Below the pieces are notes generated by a model. It made no database searches. It had not been told where the DNA came from and saw only the letters and a program-made list of their open reading frames with translations. From the NCBI RefSeq assembly GCF_006345805.1, contig NC_043004.1, positions 101,494,001-101,558,000 of the forward strand: DNA of 64,000 nucleotides, read 5' to 3'. The stretch is from Octopus sinensis. Taxonomy: Eukaryota. The translations under genes were made by a program, and so were the position numbers. Of this stretch, positions 63,855 to 64,000 are shown piece after piece. How positions within the stretch are numbered: position 1 is the stretch's first letter; each line of letters starts with the position of its first letter.

Positions 63855-64000
63855 TCTTAATGACTAAGTCTATTTAACTCGAAATTAATAGCAAAGGGTA
63901 GTGTATTTTAGCACCTTATGCAATGGCAGCACTAACTGGCTTTTGGTGCTGGGTTCAATTTCTCTTCTAAGATACATTACTTGCGATGCTTCAGCATCCT

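Overview
AT-rich, repeat-dense eukaryotic genomic DNA. The SINE families, (GAT)n tails and microsatellites look like those of an octopus; this comes from remembered repeat families, not a search. One host gene is supported: a non-muscle myosin regulatory light chain (sqh/MYL12-like) on the minus strand. Three coding exons with canonical AG/GT sites and matching phases are present (42463-42624, 16285-16352, 12717-12821), followed by a TE-free 3' UTR-like region. The N-terminal coding exon was not found and probably lies beyond position 64000. The rest is intron or flank filled with at least four SINE-like families, mariner elements (one full-length degenerate, one foldback), hAT and piggyBac MITEs with TSDs, a Helitron inside an RTE LINE, and RTE, CR1/L2, I/Jockey and Penelope remnants. 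Almost all ORFs in the supplied track are repeat artefacts. I found no clearly new protein-coding system. The most unusual signals are at the RNA level: a 30-nt U2 snRNA fragment, a hammerhead-ribozyme-like motif with a variant core, a 0.9-kb composite inverted repeat, inverted SINE pairs around a frame-symmetric exon, and a CRISPR-looking hairpin module repeated inside a (GAT)n-tailed element.
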